From: Squalus acanthias
Taxonomy: Eukaryota
Direction: 5' to 3'
NCBI GenBank assembly: GCA_030390025.1
Contig: CM059431.1
Span: forward strand, 120,716,001-120,780,000
DNA: 64,000 bases
Part shown: positions 1-13,186 of the stretch, one piece after another
Position numbering within the stretch: the stretch's first letter is position 1
How the letters are laid out: the number at the start of each line of letters is the position of its first letter
Translations under genes and position numbers: made by a program
Notes under the pieces: model-generated
Seen by the model: the letters and a program-made list of their open reading frames with translations, nothing else
Databases searched by the model: none
What the model was told of the DNA's origin: nothing

Positions 1-1
1 G

Positions 2-1177
2 GAAATTATAGCAGAGTTGGAGAAACATGCAAAGACGGTAAATGCCCTGATTAGGGAAGATCGGAATGCATCCGATCAAGCTGCGCAGAACGAGGTGTGC
101 GTGCTTTACGGGGCGTGGTTACTGGGCGAGGGCCGCAGTAATTTGGAGGATTTAAAACAAGGTTTGGTTCCGTCCTGGATAAGTAACAAACACCTGCGGG
201 CGCTCCACCCTTTTCAGAACGCATTAAGTCCGTGCCAGCTCAGGCTAGCTTCAGAAGCATACCCAGTCCCCGTGGACTGCGGACGATCAAACCATACTAT
301 TATGGGAATAGTATTACGCATGCCGGTTTTGGGCGACACAGCAAAGCCCGCCCCGGTGTATCGGGTAGAGAACATTGGTGTCATTCAGGGGGGAGCCCAC
401 ATTCGTTATGCAGCGGTTCCACCTTACGTCATCCGCTGGGAGCAAACGATGACAGGTACAGATCTCTCTGGTTGTCGTGGCAGGGGAGCACACATAATAC
501 TGTGCCCCCAGCACTTGAATGCCTTTTTAACACCACAGTGCGGGTTCAGAACGACTGGCGCCAAGTCCATGAATTGCACCATGGAGGCAATGGCACAAGA
601 TCATGTGCCTCCGCAGGTAGCATACGTCGGGGGTGGAACATATTGTGTTACCACTGCAGCGCAACACTACCAGCATGGAAACCATAGCCGGTGTCCGGTG
701 AGTGACAGCAGTTTTTGTTTTAAACCCAGGGCGGAAGTTCAAGTAGCACAACAGCGAATTATCCCAATCCCTGAACCATCCACTGTTCATCTCACAGTAA
801 AAGAGAATTTCACCGACTTGCAGCGATTCGTCGCGCATTTTGGATACCTCATTCCCCCTCTCCCTGAACACCTCACCAAGCTTTTAAATGCCGTCGCGGT
901 ATCACAGAAACATTTTTACACATTAGAACAGAAAACTGTCGAAATAGGGACAGACATTCTGGATATAGTAGTTCCACCGTGGTGGAATCTGTTCACTAAT
1001 ATTGAAGTGCCTTCATGGATCAGAATAGCCTCCCACATTTTAGTCGTATGCCAAGTTTTCATTGTAGTGTACCTATTGGTCGTACATTGTAAAAGAGACA
1101 AGCGCCTCACCAAGCATGAAAACACGGGAGAGTGGCGAGAACGTTACGTGCGTGTGCACGATGAAAGCACCGTGTGA
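2..1177 (+). CDS. env: Envelope fusion glycoprotein, C-terminal part (cut by window edge), with intact TM anchor and cytoplasmic tail
   Basis: Open from the window start; near-identical to the copy 2 env; Cys-rich ectodomain with N-glycosylation sequons, hydrophobic IASHILVVCQVFIVVYLLVVHC, basic tail ending DESTV. Confidence 0.9.
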   Translation, partial: EIIAELEKHAKTVNALIREDRNASDQAAQNEVCVLYGAWLLGEGRSNLEDLKQGLVPSWISNKHLRALHPFQNALSPCQLRLASEAYPVPVDCGRSNHTIMGIVLRMPVLGDTAKPAPVYRVENIGVIQGGAHIRYAAVPPYVIRWEQTMTGTDLSGCRGRGAHIILCPQHLNAFLTPQCGFRTTGAKSMNCTMEAMAQDHVPPQVAYVGGGTYCVTTAAQHYQHGNHSRCPVSDSSFCFKPRAEVQVAQQRIIPIPEPSTVHLTVKENFTDLQRFVAHFGYLIPPLPEHLTKLLNAVAVSQKHFYTLEQKTVEIGTDILDIVVPPWWNLFTNIEVPSWIRIASHILVVCQVFIVVYLLVVHCKRDKRLTKHENTGEWRERYVRVHDESTV

Positions 1178-1628
1178 TCGGAAAATGGCGTCACTCCCGC
1201 TCGCCACGTGCGCCGCGGAAGTGTGTACTCGATCATGATTTTTCAGAGATTGTAAATACGTTGGGAACTCGACATGTTTTAAGAGTTGGTGTTGATTATT
1301 TTGGTGATGGTGTTACAGTTAAAAATGATTGTTTGGTTTTGGGTTTTGTTTTTCCTTTCCCTGAATAAAAGATGAATATACAGGTGATACGAGAGGCATC
1401 GGCCTGGTTACGCCGGGAAGGAAAACAAGTGGTGTAAGTTTAAGGGCAAATAATGCCTACGGTGATATAAAATGTAATTTTCTTGGGAAATAAGGACGAC
1501 ACAGAGACCCTAGCTAGGTTAAAATTATGGGATTAATTTGCTGGATTCGGAGAGAAATCGAGATAATATTGCTCACCACTATGATTTTTGATACGATAAG
1601 CGGAGTTATTCGCATCAACAGGAGGGAC

Positions 1629-3257
1629 TGTAGAATTCGCAATATATCGCGATTTTATTAATAAGGAGAAAACACAGAGTTTCGTTCAAACAGCTTTTAT
1701 TTCAGCAGAATGCTGCCAGGTTTAAAGTGGACACAAGCAGCCTGTAAAATGGCCGCCGCACCTCGTGACAGAACATTCTAGACTTTTCAACAGGCAGACA
1801 AGATGGCGTTCCAATAAACATTTGTGCAAGATCGATTAAGATTCAGCACAGTGAAGATAATACACGAGACATTATGGGTTTGCAGTATACACATAAATAC
1901 TGAAATCGGTCTCCCAGGTACAAATGAAAGCCATTGTACCGAGTAATCAAGGGCCCATCCAAATGACATTAATATGTAAAATCCCAACGACTCTACGATG
2001 AGAGAGCCGTTAACAGGTAGTTATACAAAACACTTGGAAGCCCCACAACCCCTCCAGGGAGAACACCGACCGATTTAACAATGGGAGAAATATTAACAGG
2101 TACTCAGACATTTACGAGTAGCCCCGAAACCCATTAAGAACGGAGATCACCCATACAAGACATTTGAGCGCCAGACCCTAAACAAAAGAATGGACATTAA
2201 GGTTGGGCGGGAAACGGAAGATTTTGCACTATAATTGCAGGCTCCAAACCGTCCATCTTTCTCTTATCCGATCGACTCGTAACCTCGTGGCTGCTCCTGT
2301 GTACTCGTAGTCGGGCTCCTGCTTGCCTGTTGACTCTTTGAAAAAGACTGTTGAACTTTCTGATCCGTTCGGATCTACCTCGTGTCGCGTAACGAAGACC
2401 TATGTTGGTAACTGGCAGCGGAACCAAAGGCCCGAGATGAGATGAGATGAGATGAGATGAGATGAGAAGAGAGGAAGACCATATCCATCGCCACGGTCAG
2501 TAAATCCCGACCGCGCCTGTAGGTCGAACAGCCAAGTTTTCCTTGCCAGGAAGACTTCTTCGAACTTGCAAAGAACATATCACATCGATGATATTGACAA
2601 CTGTGCTCGGAAAAGTACCTGTTAAACCAACCAACACAGGTCTTCATCACAGCAGACGGTCCAGCCTGCTAGCCGGAGCAGCAGAAGCAAGTAAACAAGT
2701 GGGACCAGGAGATCTCCTGACCGACACGTGGGTGCTGCGGTGAAAAACATCCGATCAGCTATTCGGAATTTCTCCGAGTTATCACGAGTGGTGAGCACGA
2801 GTCTCGAAATCCTACGAATCTAGTTAGGATAGATATTGATAGGGGAGGGTTTAAGGATTAAGGATATTTGTAATGTGTGCCCCTATTTACTGTGTGCCGT
2901 TCGTTCCTCGTTTCCCTAAGATCGACTATATAACTGCTTGTAAGATTGTACTGTCATTAATCTGTGCTTATGACATGTATTTCATAATCTTAAGTATCAT
3001 GCAATAAAGATTTTCCATTTCGTACCATTCAACCGAGTCTACATGAGTTTCATCTCCATTACTGCTCTCGCATCTAAGTCCAGTGTCTAGAACCGTAAGG
3101 GCGAGTGATTCGAACCACTCACAGGTGTGTCTAGTGTTCCCAGACTGGCTGGAGACCAGAACAGGCAACAAGGCCTAGACCCGCACTGACATACAGGCTG
3201 CACAGAGCCGCGTGAATCTCACAGGCTGCGAGACACGCAGGGTCAGAATCCCTTACA
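1629..3257 (+). repeat. 3' LTR of copy 1 (1629 bp)
   Basis: Starts TGTAGAATTCGC and ends CCCTTACA; homologous to 51681-53382 with indels; AATAAA at 3003-3008; (GAGAT)6 at 2434-2463. Confidence 0.93.
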
Positions 3258-4503
3258 GCTCCCGACCTCATTACAGCCTTGGTCCAAACATGGACAAAGG
3301 AGCTGAATTCCAGAGGTGAGTTGAGAGTGACTGCCCTTGACATCAAGGCAGCATTGGACCGAGTGTGGCATCAAGGAGCCCGAGTAAAACTGAAATCAAT
3401 GGGAATCGGGTGGGGGAAATGCTCCACTGGCTGGAGTCATACCTAGCACAAAGAAAGATGGTTGTGGTGGTTGAAAGGCAATCATCACAGCCCCAGGACA
3501 TTGCTGCAGGAGTTCCTCAGGGCAGTGTCCTATGCCCAACCACCTTCAGCTGCTTCATCAATGACCTTCCCTCCAACATAAGGTCAGAAATTGGGATGTT
3601 CGCTCATGACTGCACAGCATTCAGTGCCATTCGCAACTCCTCAGATAATGAAGCAGTCCATGCCCGCATGCAACAAGACCTGGACGACGTTCAGGCTTGG
3701 GCTGATAAGTGGTAGGTAACATTCGCACCACAGAAGTGCCAGGCAATGACTATCTCCAACAAGCGAGAGTCTAACCACCTCTTCATGACATTCAACGGCA
3801 TTACCATCGCCGAATCCCCCACCATCAACATTCTGGGGGTCATCATTGACCAGAAACTTAACTGGACCTGCCACATAAATACTGTGGCAAAAAAGCAGGT
3901 CAGAGGCTAGGTATTCTGTGGTGAGTGTCTAACCTCCTGACTCCTCAAAGCCTTTCCACCATCTACAAGGCACAAGTAAGGAGTGTGGTGGAATACTCTC
4001 CACTTGCCTGGATGAGTGCAGCTCCAACAACACTCAAGAAGCTCGACACCATCCAGGACAAAGCAGCCCATTTGATTGGCACCCCATCCACCACCTTAAA
4101 CATTCACTCCCATCCACCACCGGTGTTCTGTGGGTGCAGTGTGTACCATCTACAAGATGCACTGCAGAAACTCGTCAAGGCTTCTTCGGCAGCACCTTCC
4201 AAACCCATGACCTCTTCCACCTAGAAGGACAAGGGCAGCAGGCGCATGGGAACACCACCACCTCCAAGTTCCCCTCCAAGTCACACACCATCCTGAGTTA
4301 GAAGTATTTTGCCGATCCTTCATCGTCGCTGGGTCAAAATCCTGGAACTCCCTACCTAACAGCACAGTGGGAGTACCTTCACCACAGACTGCAGCAGTTC
4401 AAGAAGGCGGCTCACCACCACCTTCTCAAGGGCAATTAGGGATGGGCAATAAATGCTGACCTTGCCAGCGACGCCCACATCCCATAAACGAATTAAAAAA
4501 AAA
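3258..4503 (+). mobile_element. CR1/L2-group LINE, 3' part (degenerate RT plus 3' tail)
   Basis: GVPQGSVLCPTTFSCFINDL and FAHD (FADD-like) RT motifs with stops and frameshifts; tail ...GCCAGCGACGCCCACATCCC followed by an A-run. Confidence 0.85.
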
Positions 4504-5307
4504 CATAGGTAACATCTCGCAGTTTGCCTTCCATCACTCCATCCGAGAGGTCACAGATGCTCTCTGCAGTAGGAAAAGGGATTACATTTCCTTCCCCATC
4601 ACCAGAGAGAAGCAGGACGAGCATGCATGTGGTTTTGTCAGGATAGCAGGATTCCCCATGGTGCAGGGCGCCATTGACTGCACCCACGTGGCTTTGCGGG
4701 CACCGCATAACAATCCTGAGATCTTCCATAACCGCAAATGCTACTACTCACTTAATGTGCAGTTGGTGTGCGACCACAGACAGTGAATCCTCAATGTGAA
4801 TACTTGCTATCCTAGCAGCAGCCACGATGCCTTCGTCCTGCACCAGACCGGTGTTCCAGCACTCTTCTGGCCATCACGTTAAGCTCGCTCTCCACCTGGC
4901 TCATGACTCCCCTCCGCAAACCCAACACTCCTGCCCAGCACTCATATGCCACCACCAGGAACATCGTTGAGCAGACCATCAGGGTGCTTAAGCAATGGTT
5001 CCGCTGCCTTGACCAGACAGGAGGGGCCTTCCGGTACGCGCCAGAGCGGGTGTCCCATTTCGTCATGGTGTGCTGCATGCTGCACAATCGGGCCATCATG
5101 AGGGCCCAGCCCTTGCTAGCAGGGATTGTGGGACCACCTCAGGAGGAGGAGGAGGGAGAGGAGCAGGAGGAGGACGAGGACGACGAGGAAGATGAGGAGG
5201 AAGAGAAGGAGGAGGAGGAAGAACAGGAGCGAGGGAGGAGGCAGCCACTCAATCGGCCTTCCAGAGGGGCGGTCCGTGGCCACCTCATCAGACTGCGGTT
5301 CCGATAA
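4504..5307 (+). pseudogene. Harbinger (HARBI1-like) DDE transposase fragment
   Basis: GFPMVQGAIDCTHV, NRKCYYSLNVQLVCD, WLMTP, TRNIVEQTIRVLKQWFRCL and CCMLHN motifs, then an acidic tail; disrupted. Confidence 0.88.
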
Positions 5308-5468
5308 ATTAAACCTCACATCCCCGTTGCTCACCACATCCCCATGATTCCATCCCTGTCGCACGCCATATCACAGCACACAGCTGAAATGAGCGATAGT
5401 ACAAAATTATCCAAAGTGAATTAATAAATTTATCAGTAATCAGTGAACACATCTTTACAACAACAATA

Positions 5469-7350
5469 TTACCTATTCACCCTGTGCAATCCCTTAGTGC
5501 CTCGCATTACTGTGCCTTTGCCTACTCTAGTGCTCCTACAAAGTGTTGGCCCACTGGCAGCAGCAGGGCTGGTGGAAGGCTGCTGAGTGTCCGTGCGGGA
5601 GACTTCAGAAGACCTTGCAGGACGCCCACAACCAGCTCTGGGCCTGGAAGGCCCGGCTATAGACTGTACCACCTCAGCATGGGCGGCAGCAGTCTGGGCT
5701 GGCTGGATGACAGGCAGCGACAAGGGCAATGGCGGAGTGGCAGCGGTGGGAGCAGGAATGCTATCATCCTGAGAGAGGACAGCAAGTTCCTGCTGCACTG
5801 ACCCACTGCCACTCCCCTGGAGCAGCACCTCAGCATCCCTAGCAATCTGTTGCAGCACAGATTGCTGGCCTGCTGCGACACTGTGAAAGCCCCGCTCGAC
5901 GGTGGTAGACCCAACTATGATAGCAGCAGTCAGAGCTTGCATGGCCTCAAGCTGAGACTGCATGAGAGCAGTCTGAGATTGGATAGCACCAACCATAGAC
6001 TGCATTACAGCACTAAGACGTTGCATCGCTTCCGCCTGTGCTGCAATGGAAGCTGCCAGATCGCCCATCACATGCAGCATCACGACTGAGTCACAACGGT
6101 CTCTCTGGGAGTCCACCATCCTTTCCAGACTGGAAATGATTGGCTCCATGGTGTACACAGAGCTTTGTTCAATGTTGGAGGCGGACTCCTCCACGCTCCT
6201 TAGCATTGCCGAGAGGCTCTCGGGCAACCCTTGCCATTGCACCTATAATCGTGTGCTTGCCCATCACCATTCTTCTAAAGGCCTCCCCATCGAAGTCAAC
6301 ATCTGAGTCCTGTGCAGCAGCAGAATACGTCCAAACTCGCCCTCCAGGGAGCTGGCCCCCGAGCTACCCTTTCCCCCTGGCCTTGCTGTAGCCCGTTTGT
6401 CCCCGGTGCATCACCCTGTGCAGATCCCCCTACTATACTAGCCTCTAAAGAACGTGTAGTGCCAGTATCTGAGCTGGTGCCTGTGGGTGAAACATGCAGT
6501 GACACGGTGTGTTCTTCCTCCTCCTCTTCTCCCGCCTCACTTTCTACGGTGCCCTCAGGGACAGGCTGCTCAGGTTCTGAAAGCATAAAGGCACAAGTGT
6601 CGGGTTAAGGTGAGGGGAGGGGGGCAGGAAGGGAGAAATGCATTCATACAGCATGATTAGCTGGAAAGTGCGAAATGCTTGTGGGGTGAGGGGGAAGTGC
6701 GATGTGAGAAGAAGGAGTAGGGATAAACATACCATTGTTGTCCCCAAGAGGGTCAACGTTGCCAGTGGCCACGGTGGCCACCACCTGGCACCCAATAATC
6801 TGCAGCACTCTATTTTCCAGCACAGACAGTGGTTGGGTGTCAGCTTGTCCCCCGCCTGTGCGCTCCTGCCTGCAAGAGAAAGGAAAGTGTGTGAGTGAGT
6901 GTGGAGCAATGTGTTTGGGTGATGTGCCTGCCATAGTCGAATAGCTGTCATTGTGTGCAAGGTGTGAGATGTGGGTGTGAGTGTTGGTAGGTGGAGATTG
7001 TTGGTGGGTGAGTGCTGGGGGGTGTGGTGCTTTGGGCAATGTGTGCAGACTATGGTTCAGATGGTGGTATGTAGCATTTGTTGAGCCATTGACTCACCCT
7101 AACCACCCGAGTGAGGTCGATAAATTTCTTCCTGCACTCTGTGTGGGTCCTGGGGACCACAGTGCTGCCCGAGACCTGATGGGCTACTTCCCTCCACAGA
7201 AGATTGTGGCGAGGGCCTCCTGCCACTTGCCGGGTACAGCACCGCCCTCCGTCTCTCCACAGCGGACACCAACTCCTCCAATGCTTGGTCCAAAAATCTG
7301 CGAGCTCTCTCCCTGGGGTGATCTGCCAGGAGTACAGCTGGTTGAGTCGT
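5469..7350 (-). pseudogene. Harbinger Myb/SANT-like DNA-binding partner gene, multi-exon, degenerate
   Basis: RERARRFLDQALEELVSAVERRRAVLYP and LWREVAHQVSGSTVVPRTHTECRKKFIDL (MSANTD-like); coiled-coil 3' exon at 5469-6242. Confidence 0.78.
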
Positions 7351-7688
7351 CTGGCTCCTTGGACTTGGCCTGCTCTTGCTTGCTGACACAGGTTCACAGG
7401 CAGCAATGCTGAGAATGAGATTCTGCAGCATGATTGAACCTCCCCTTTAAGAACTGGAAAGAGCCTGTGGCAATGATGACTTGTGATTAGCCTGCACCTG
7501 ATATTGGTTAGCGATTTGAGTGTAACGCCACTGAGCTAGGCCTTTCGCGCTTGATTTAGCGCGCCCATCCTTTCTTTGAGCGATGACACTGAATTTTGCG
7601 TGCAGTGAGATTCATTAGCGCCTGGTGCTAAATCTCAAACTTTTCCAAAGTTAGCGCCCACTCCTGGGCTATAATGAATTTCTCCCCC

Positions 7689-8385
7689 ATTTTTCTAGGA
7701 AGCTGTCTCGAATGCATTCCATGAGCTCGTCCTCCAAGCTACTTTTGCCTATTTGGTTTGCCCAGTCTTTATGAAGATTAATGTCCCCCACGATTATTGC
7801 ATTGCCCTTGTTACATGCTCTTCTAATTTCCTTATTTATTCTCTGTCCAATGCTAAAACTACTGTTAGGGGACCTATAAACTACTCCCACCAGTGTTTTC
7901 TGCCCCTTGTTATACTGATTCTACATCCTGATGTTCTGGACTAAGATCCTTTCTCACTACTGTCTTTATCTCTTCCTTTATTATTATTGCTACCCCCACC
8001 GCCCCCTCCCTTTTCCTTTTTGCCTATCTTTTCTAAAAGTCAAATAACCTGGAATATTTAGTTCTCAACCTTGGTCACCCTGCAAGCATGTCACTGTAAT
8101 GGCTATTAGATCAAACCCATTTATATCTATTGTTATGAATGCTTCGTGCATTTAGATAGTGCCTTTAATTTTAACTTCTTACTATTTTTCCTTATGTGTT
8201 CTTAGTTGTTGATGCCCTATTTCCATTTATAAACTCTCTCCATTACTGACACATTCTGCTTGATTTGACCTAAATCTCTACTCTGCTCTACAGACTTGAC
8301 TTTTCTCTTTAGTTTTATAACTTTGCCCTTACCTGAACACTCCCTTCCCTGTATTAGTTTAAAGTCCTATCCACCGCCCTAGTTA
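7689..8385 (-). mobile_element. CR1 LINE fragment (endonuclease region)
   Basis: GVVYRSPNSS...IIVGDINL..DW APE-type motifs. Confidence 0.75.
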
Positions 8386-8387
8386 AC

Positions 8388-10828
8388 GTGAGTACAGTTG
8401 CACATTCAACTACATCCTGCTGTGCGCATCACCACACCCACTCAATCTGCCTTGTCAAGCCTACTTCATCACATCACTCCTCACACCCACTTGCCTTGCA
8501 CGCCCACCCATCCTTATTTTTCTATGCCCTTCGTCACAGCTCCATCTATCCATCCACCATCCCCCACTCACCCTCATCCTTATGCAATTTCATGCCTCTC
8601 CTTCATAGTCACCTTCAACAAATGCACTCCATCCATCGGCTGAACGCATGCAATTACTCACTTATGGGCCAGTTCTTTCTCAACTTGCAGGAGGGAGTAG
8701 AGAGCACGGAACTCAAGGGAGAGAACCGGAGGTGGTCCTCTATAGATTTCCCAGCTCACAAGTACAGAGCAGGAGACGCTGGAGATAAGTGGGGTTTTGG
8801 AGTCCCTGGCCATCAGGGATGGGGAGACAGGGACCTCCCAGCTACCTGGTGACACAATTAAATATCAGTGACCCACATATCATATGGCACTCAGTCATGT
8901 TGACTTGATTTCAACAGCGAGTGAAATATGGTCATCTTCATAATGATAACTTCCTACATTCTTTCCTTGCCAGTACTAATTCATACCTTTTATCTCCGAC
9001 AGGGACTTCACACATGCAGCAGAAGACGTTGGAGGTCGTGGGCGACGATTCCTCAGAGGAGCTGAATCCTTCTGAGGTTGCACCATCACAGGACTCATGC
9101 ACCAGCTCAGATACTCACACTTCGGTGTGACCAGTTAGTCAAATAGTTGGGTTTTCACCTGGTGACTCACAATGCACAAGTGAGCAAGAGCAGATGGTGG
9201 TGGCAGGGACAGCAGTGGAGAGTCTGTGTCTGAGGGTGCAGGAGGCTCCAAGCTCTGTTCAGCTGGACACAGATGCTGTACCATTGATGGAAAAGAGAAT
9301 CGTTGAGCAGCAGCAGTGAATGTGCGATGCACTGACAGGCCTTCCAAGTACACTGACCACGACTGCAGAAAGAATGGAGGAGTCCGCCTCAAACATGAGT
9401 GGGTTGTTGTTGCAGGGCATTGCAATAATGTGATCTTCCTTGGATAGAATGGCCAGCTGCATGGAACATGAAATGCTCCAATCAAATAAGGCCCTGCACA
9501 CCTTGACCACGGCCATGCAGACTCTAGATGACAACATGTCTACCATTTTAAGTAGGATGACAGATACCTTAGCCTTACAGTGCTGCACTGATCTGCACCA
9601 AAGTGTTCTCCAGCACAGTGGTAGCAATGAAATGCGACTGGGCCATGAGAGGGTTGATGGCAAAAGGAGACATGGAAGAGGGGACTCCACTCAAAGCGCT
9701 TCCACTTCTCACCCATTGTGCCCCGCTTCAGTCAGTAGCCCACGTGCTGCCTCCTGTCCCGATGGCCAAGTCTGCCCCTGCACAGGTGCAGGTGGAGCCA
9801 TCTTTGGCAGGGCCCTCATGGGCTCCAAAACCCAGAGGTCGTCAGCCAAGGGCATCTCAGCAGTCAGAGCAGGGATCTGAACAGCCTGCCTCGACCTCTG
9901 CTCAAGCCACAGGTGTTGCACCACATAGGAGCAGAAGGAAAAGGACAAGGAAAGCTTTGTAGTTGCACAAGGTTAAGCACATGGGTGTATGAGAAAATGT
10001 AATGTTGTTAAGTTTCTGTTGTTTATTCAAAGCGCATAAAATTCTTTTACACCACTTTCCCACCTTGCCTATTCTTGGATGCTGGATGGCAAGTTACCTT
10101 TTAACTTGTTTGATGATGAATGAGAAGACATGAATTGATGTGGACCAATGGGGGGATTTGCAAGGGGCGGTTGTTTGCAGGATTGCTTTATGTCAGTGGC
10201 ATTGGCGGGGTGGTGGTGGTGGGGGTGGGGAGAGTGGCCGTTGCATGTGCTTCTGACACCCTGCTGTGATTCAGAAAACCTCCAAAGTGTAGAAAGTAAC
10301 CTCTCAGCAAAAGTAAAAGAAAAAAGAAAGACTTGCATTTATATGGCGCCTTTCACGACCACCGGACGTCCCAAAGCACTTTACAGCCAATGAAGTACTT
10401 TTGAAGTGTAGTCATGTTGCAATGTAGGAAAAGTACTGTGAACAAACCTTTTCCCACTAGCAGGTAAGAGAACAGCTGTGAGCACTGAATATTTATTGCA
10501 GTATTTCCATGAGTTTGACTCAGCCCCCTCAATTGCCATTGTGCTCTCGCCTTGCTTTCACTGGTGAGTTTCACGAAGCCCGGGAAACCCGTAGATGCGG
10601 CGTTAAATTTAAAAGTCAGTTGAGTTATCGCTCCAAATGAGCAATTAGCTTATGTTAATAGGCAACCCGCCTCTCCCGAAGGGGTTTTGCACAAGCAGCC
10701 TAATGCGCTCGAGTTGAACACGGAAGTCGACGGCTTGAGCCAGCTTTCCCAATGCGCTCGAATTTCTGCCAGTTTTAACCCCCAACCTGCACCCAAACCC
10801 ACCTGATCCTCCAGATTAAAATTCCCCG
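8388..10828 (+). mobile_element. Degenerate Harbinger-related element (Myb-partner remnant) with an inserted L2-type tail near 10320-10428
   Basis: Exon fragments resemble 5469-7350 and 45650-47215; ends AAAATTCCCC. Confidence 0.55.
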
Positions 10829-11069
10829 ATAATGTTCTTGGTATAAGGGTGGATATTGTAAATTGGGCAGTAAATGAGTTAACTAATAAGAAACAAATAG
10901 TAATGTTCTATGATGGCAGCTCCAATTGTACAGCTGTTAGAAGCATTCAGTCTTGGGAACTCCACAGTTTACTATATTCATAAATGGTTAGGATGGAGTA
11001 GTATATGTAACAATGTTTTTATTTGCATGTTATACTATGTATTCTGTCTTAAGTTTTATTAATTAATTA

Positions 11070-11241
11070 ACTTTAAGACGTTTCTTAAAAACTACCTCTT
11101 TGACCAGGCTTTTGGTCATCCGCCCTAATATCTCCTTATGTGGCTCGGTGTCAAATGTTGTTTGATGATAACGCTCCTGTGAAGCGCCTTGTGAGGTTTT
11201 ATTATGTTAAAGGCGCTATATAAATGTAAGTTGTTGTTGTT
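11070..11241 (+). mobile_element. L2-type LINE/SINE 3' tail
   Basis: GTGAAGCGCCTT...AAAGGCGCTATATAAATG followed by a (GTT)n end. Confidence 0.65.
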
Positions 11242-13186
11242 TAATTTGTAGCTGATAAGTTGTGGTGATGCTCTGCAGAATTTATTAATATTCAACTGCA
11301 GCAAAAAACTACAAATAGCATTTAATGTTGAGAAATATTACTGCTAAAATAAGTACAATAATGAAGGATATATTGCAGAATAAGGAGAGTTCAGAAAGCA
11401 ATTTATGTATGATGGATGTCCAAAGCTTGTGGTAGTTTCAGTATATGGAAGCAAATAAAAAGGTAAAGAACATATTGAGGTTTGTAATCAGAACTACAAA
11501 ACACAAGTCAAAGCAAATGTTCCTGGCACTGCATCAATCATTTCTAAGGCCATACATGGCGTTCAAACATGATCAGCACAGTTAAGGAAAAATAAAGAGG
11601 CAGTGGGCTATGCAGAGATGCGAGAGAATGATTGCAAACTGAGGGGCCATGTGCTACTTAGACTTGTTAATTGACAGAATTGTCTGTAAAACTGACTGTT
11701 GTAGCATTCAAAAAAAAGAAATCATGAAAAATGCTCAGATTGGATCTGAATGATGCATAATCTACATGGGGTGAATGATTGTTCCTTATTCATATATTGA
11801 TATAAACATCTTCAAAACAATAGTATAGATGACTGTGATGCCATCACAGTGACTTATTTTTACATGAATACCGATCTCCCATGGTGCTGTTCACAGATTT
11901 GTATCAAGATATGGATGGGGAAACAACATGACTTCGCAAAAGACTTTGAACAAAAATAGGGAAATAATTGGTTCCTTTTTTAGTAAATAGTTTTTTTTTG
12001 ACAGACTATGAAGTGTCTAAATGTCTTTCATTGGTTGAAGTTTGAGTCAAACAATGCTTTGCATGCTATTGGGTATGTCAGACAACTGGCAGATGCAAAA
12101 CCTTTAATTATATTGATTATCATTTGCCAAAATTCTATTCTTAGTCTTATACTACTTAAAACATTAGCATCTTTTATTTTATTTCAGAAAGCAAAAATGG
12201 AGACTGCTAATGTAACATTAGTTAATTTTAAAGTACAAAAATTCAATCTATTCACTGTTGTGTTGTTTTTGTGCAAGTATATTTAAATTTTATTTGAATT
12301 TAAGAAAAAAGACACCCAATGCTAGATTTATGAGTAGCTCTATACTAAATCAAATATTTGTTCCTAACACACGCAAGCAGAGAAAGTCAAAGTTAATACT
12401 CTGAATGGGGTTTATTACTTCTGAGAATAGTGTGGACGGAAATGTACAAATAATACTGTCAAACCTACTTATTATTCCACTATTCCATTACGTTTGATAG
12501 CAACCTAAAATACCCAACCATTTCCCATTCATTTCTAATACACACCTGTTTCTGTTATTTTTGTTTAGTCTGATTAATTTAAAGTGTTGGTTACAACTTA
12601 TTGTTCTTCATACCTTCAGGAAGATATTCATATATTTTTAACTTGCCATTGCATTACATAGAATTTACAGAAACAGGTTATTCGACCCAACTGGTCTATG
12701 CCGGTGTTTATGCTCCACAAAAGGCTCCGACCACCTTATTTCATCTCACCCTATCAGCATATGCTTCTATTCCTTTCTCCCTCATGTACTTATCTAGCTT
12801 CCCCTTAAATGCATCTATGCTATTCACCTTAACTACTCCACATTGTTCCAAGTCATATTTGTTTTAACTTATAACAAAGTGATCATGGCATTCCTCCACC
12901 AACTGGACTACCTTTAGGAGGGTCAGGGAAAATTACAGAGCATTCCTATGTTCCTATTACAGAGCATTTTAATCTATGGTTCTCATTTAATTTTGTTAGG
13001 CTTGTACGGGTTTGTTATATGGGAATAAAGGAACTTCTGAGGTGTAGCCTGAATATGTAGCATGTACAATAAGATTGACGAGCTGTCACTGTTGCACATG
13101 TACTCTGACTTTTCATGGTGTAATCAATGACATGTTGACAGTTATCGGTCTGGTTATCACATTTTCACTTTTCTGATGATTTCCAG

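Larger units (their letters stand above)
1..3257 (+). mobile_element. Env-bearing LTR element/ERV, copy 1 (3' part only: env C-terminal half, 3' UTR, PPT, 3' LTR)
   Basis: Positions 1-1628 are colinear and highly similar to 57845-59468; the PPT AGGAGGGAC is followed by a TGTAG...CCTTACA LTR. Confidence 0.95.
4504..7688. mobile_element. PIF/Harbinger DNA transposon remnant (transposase on +, Myb/SANT-like partner on -)
   Basis: Two convergent genes typical of Harbinger; right end AATTTCTCCCCC matches the local Harbinger/MITE terminal inverted repeat (TIR). Confidence 0.8.

Noticed and set aside
232..687. 151-aa alternative-frame ORF inside env (also 58076-58531)
   Set aside because: GTG start; its presence in both copies follows from their high nucleotide identity.
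4903..5307. Domesticated host HARBI1 gene
   Set aside because: It has stops and deletions, is interrupted by a LINE, and sits with a Myb partner and TIR, so it is a transposon remnant.
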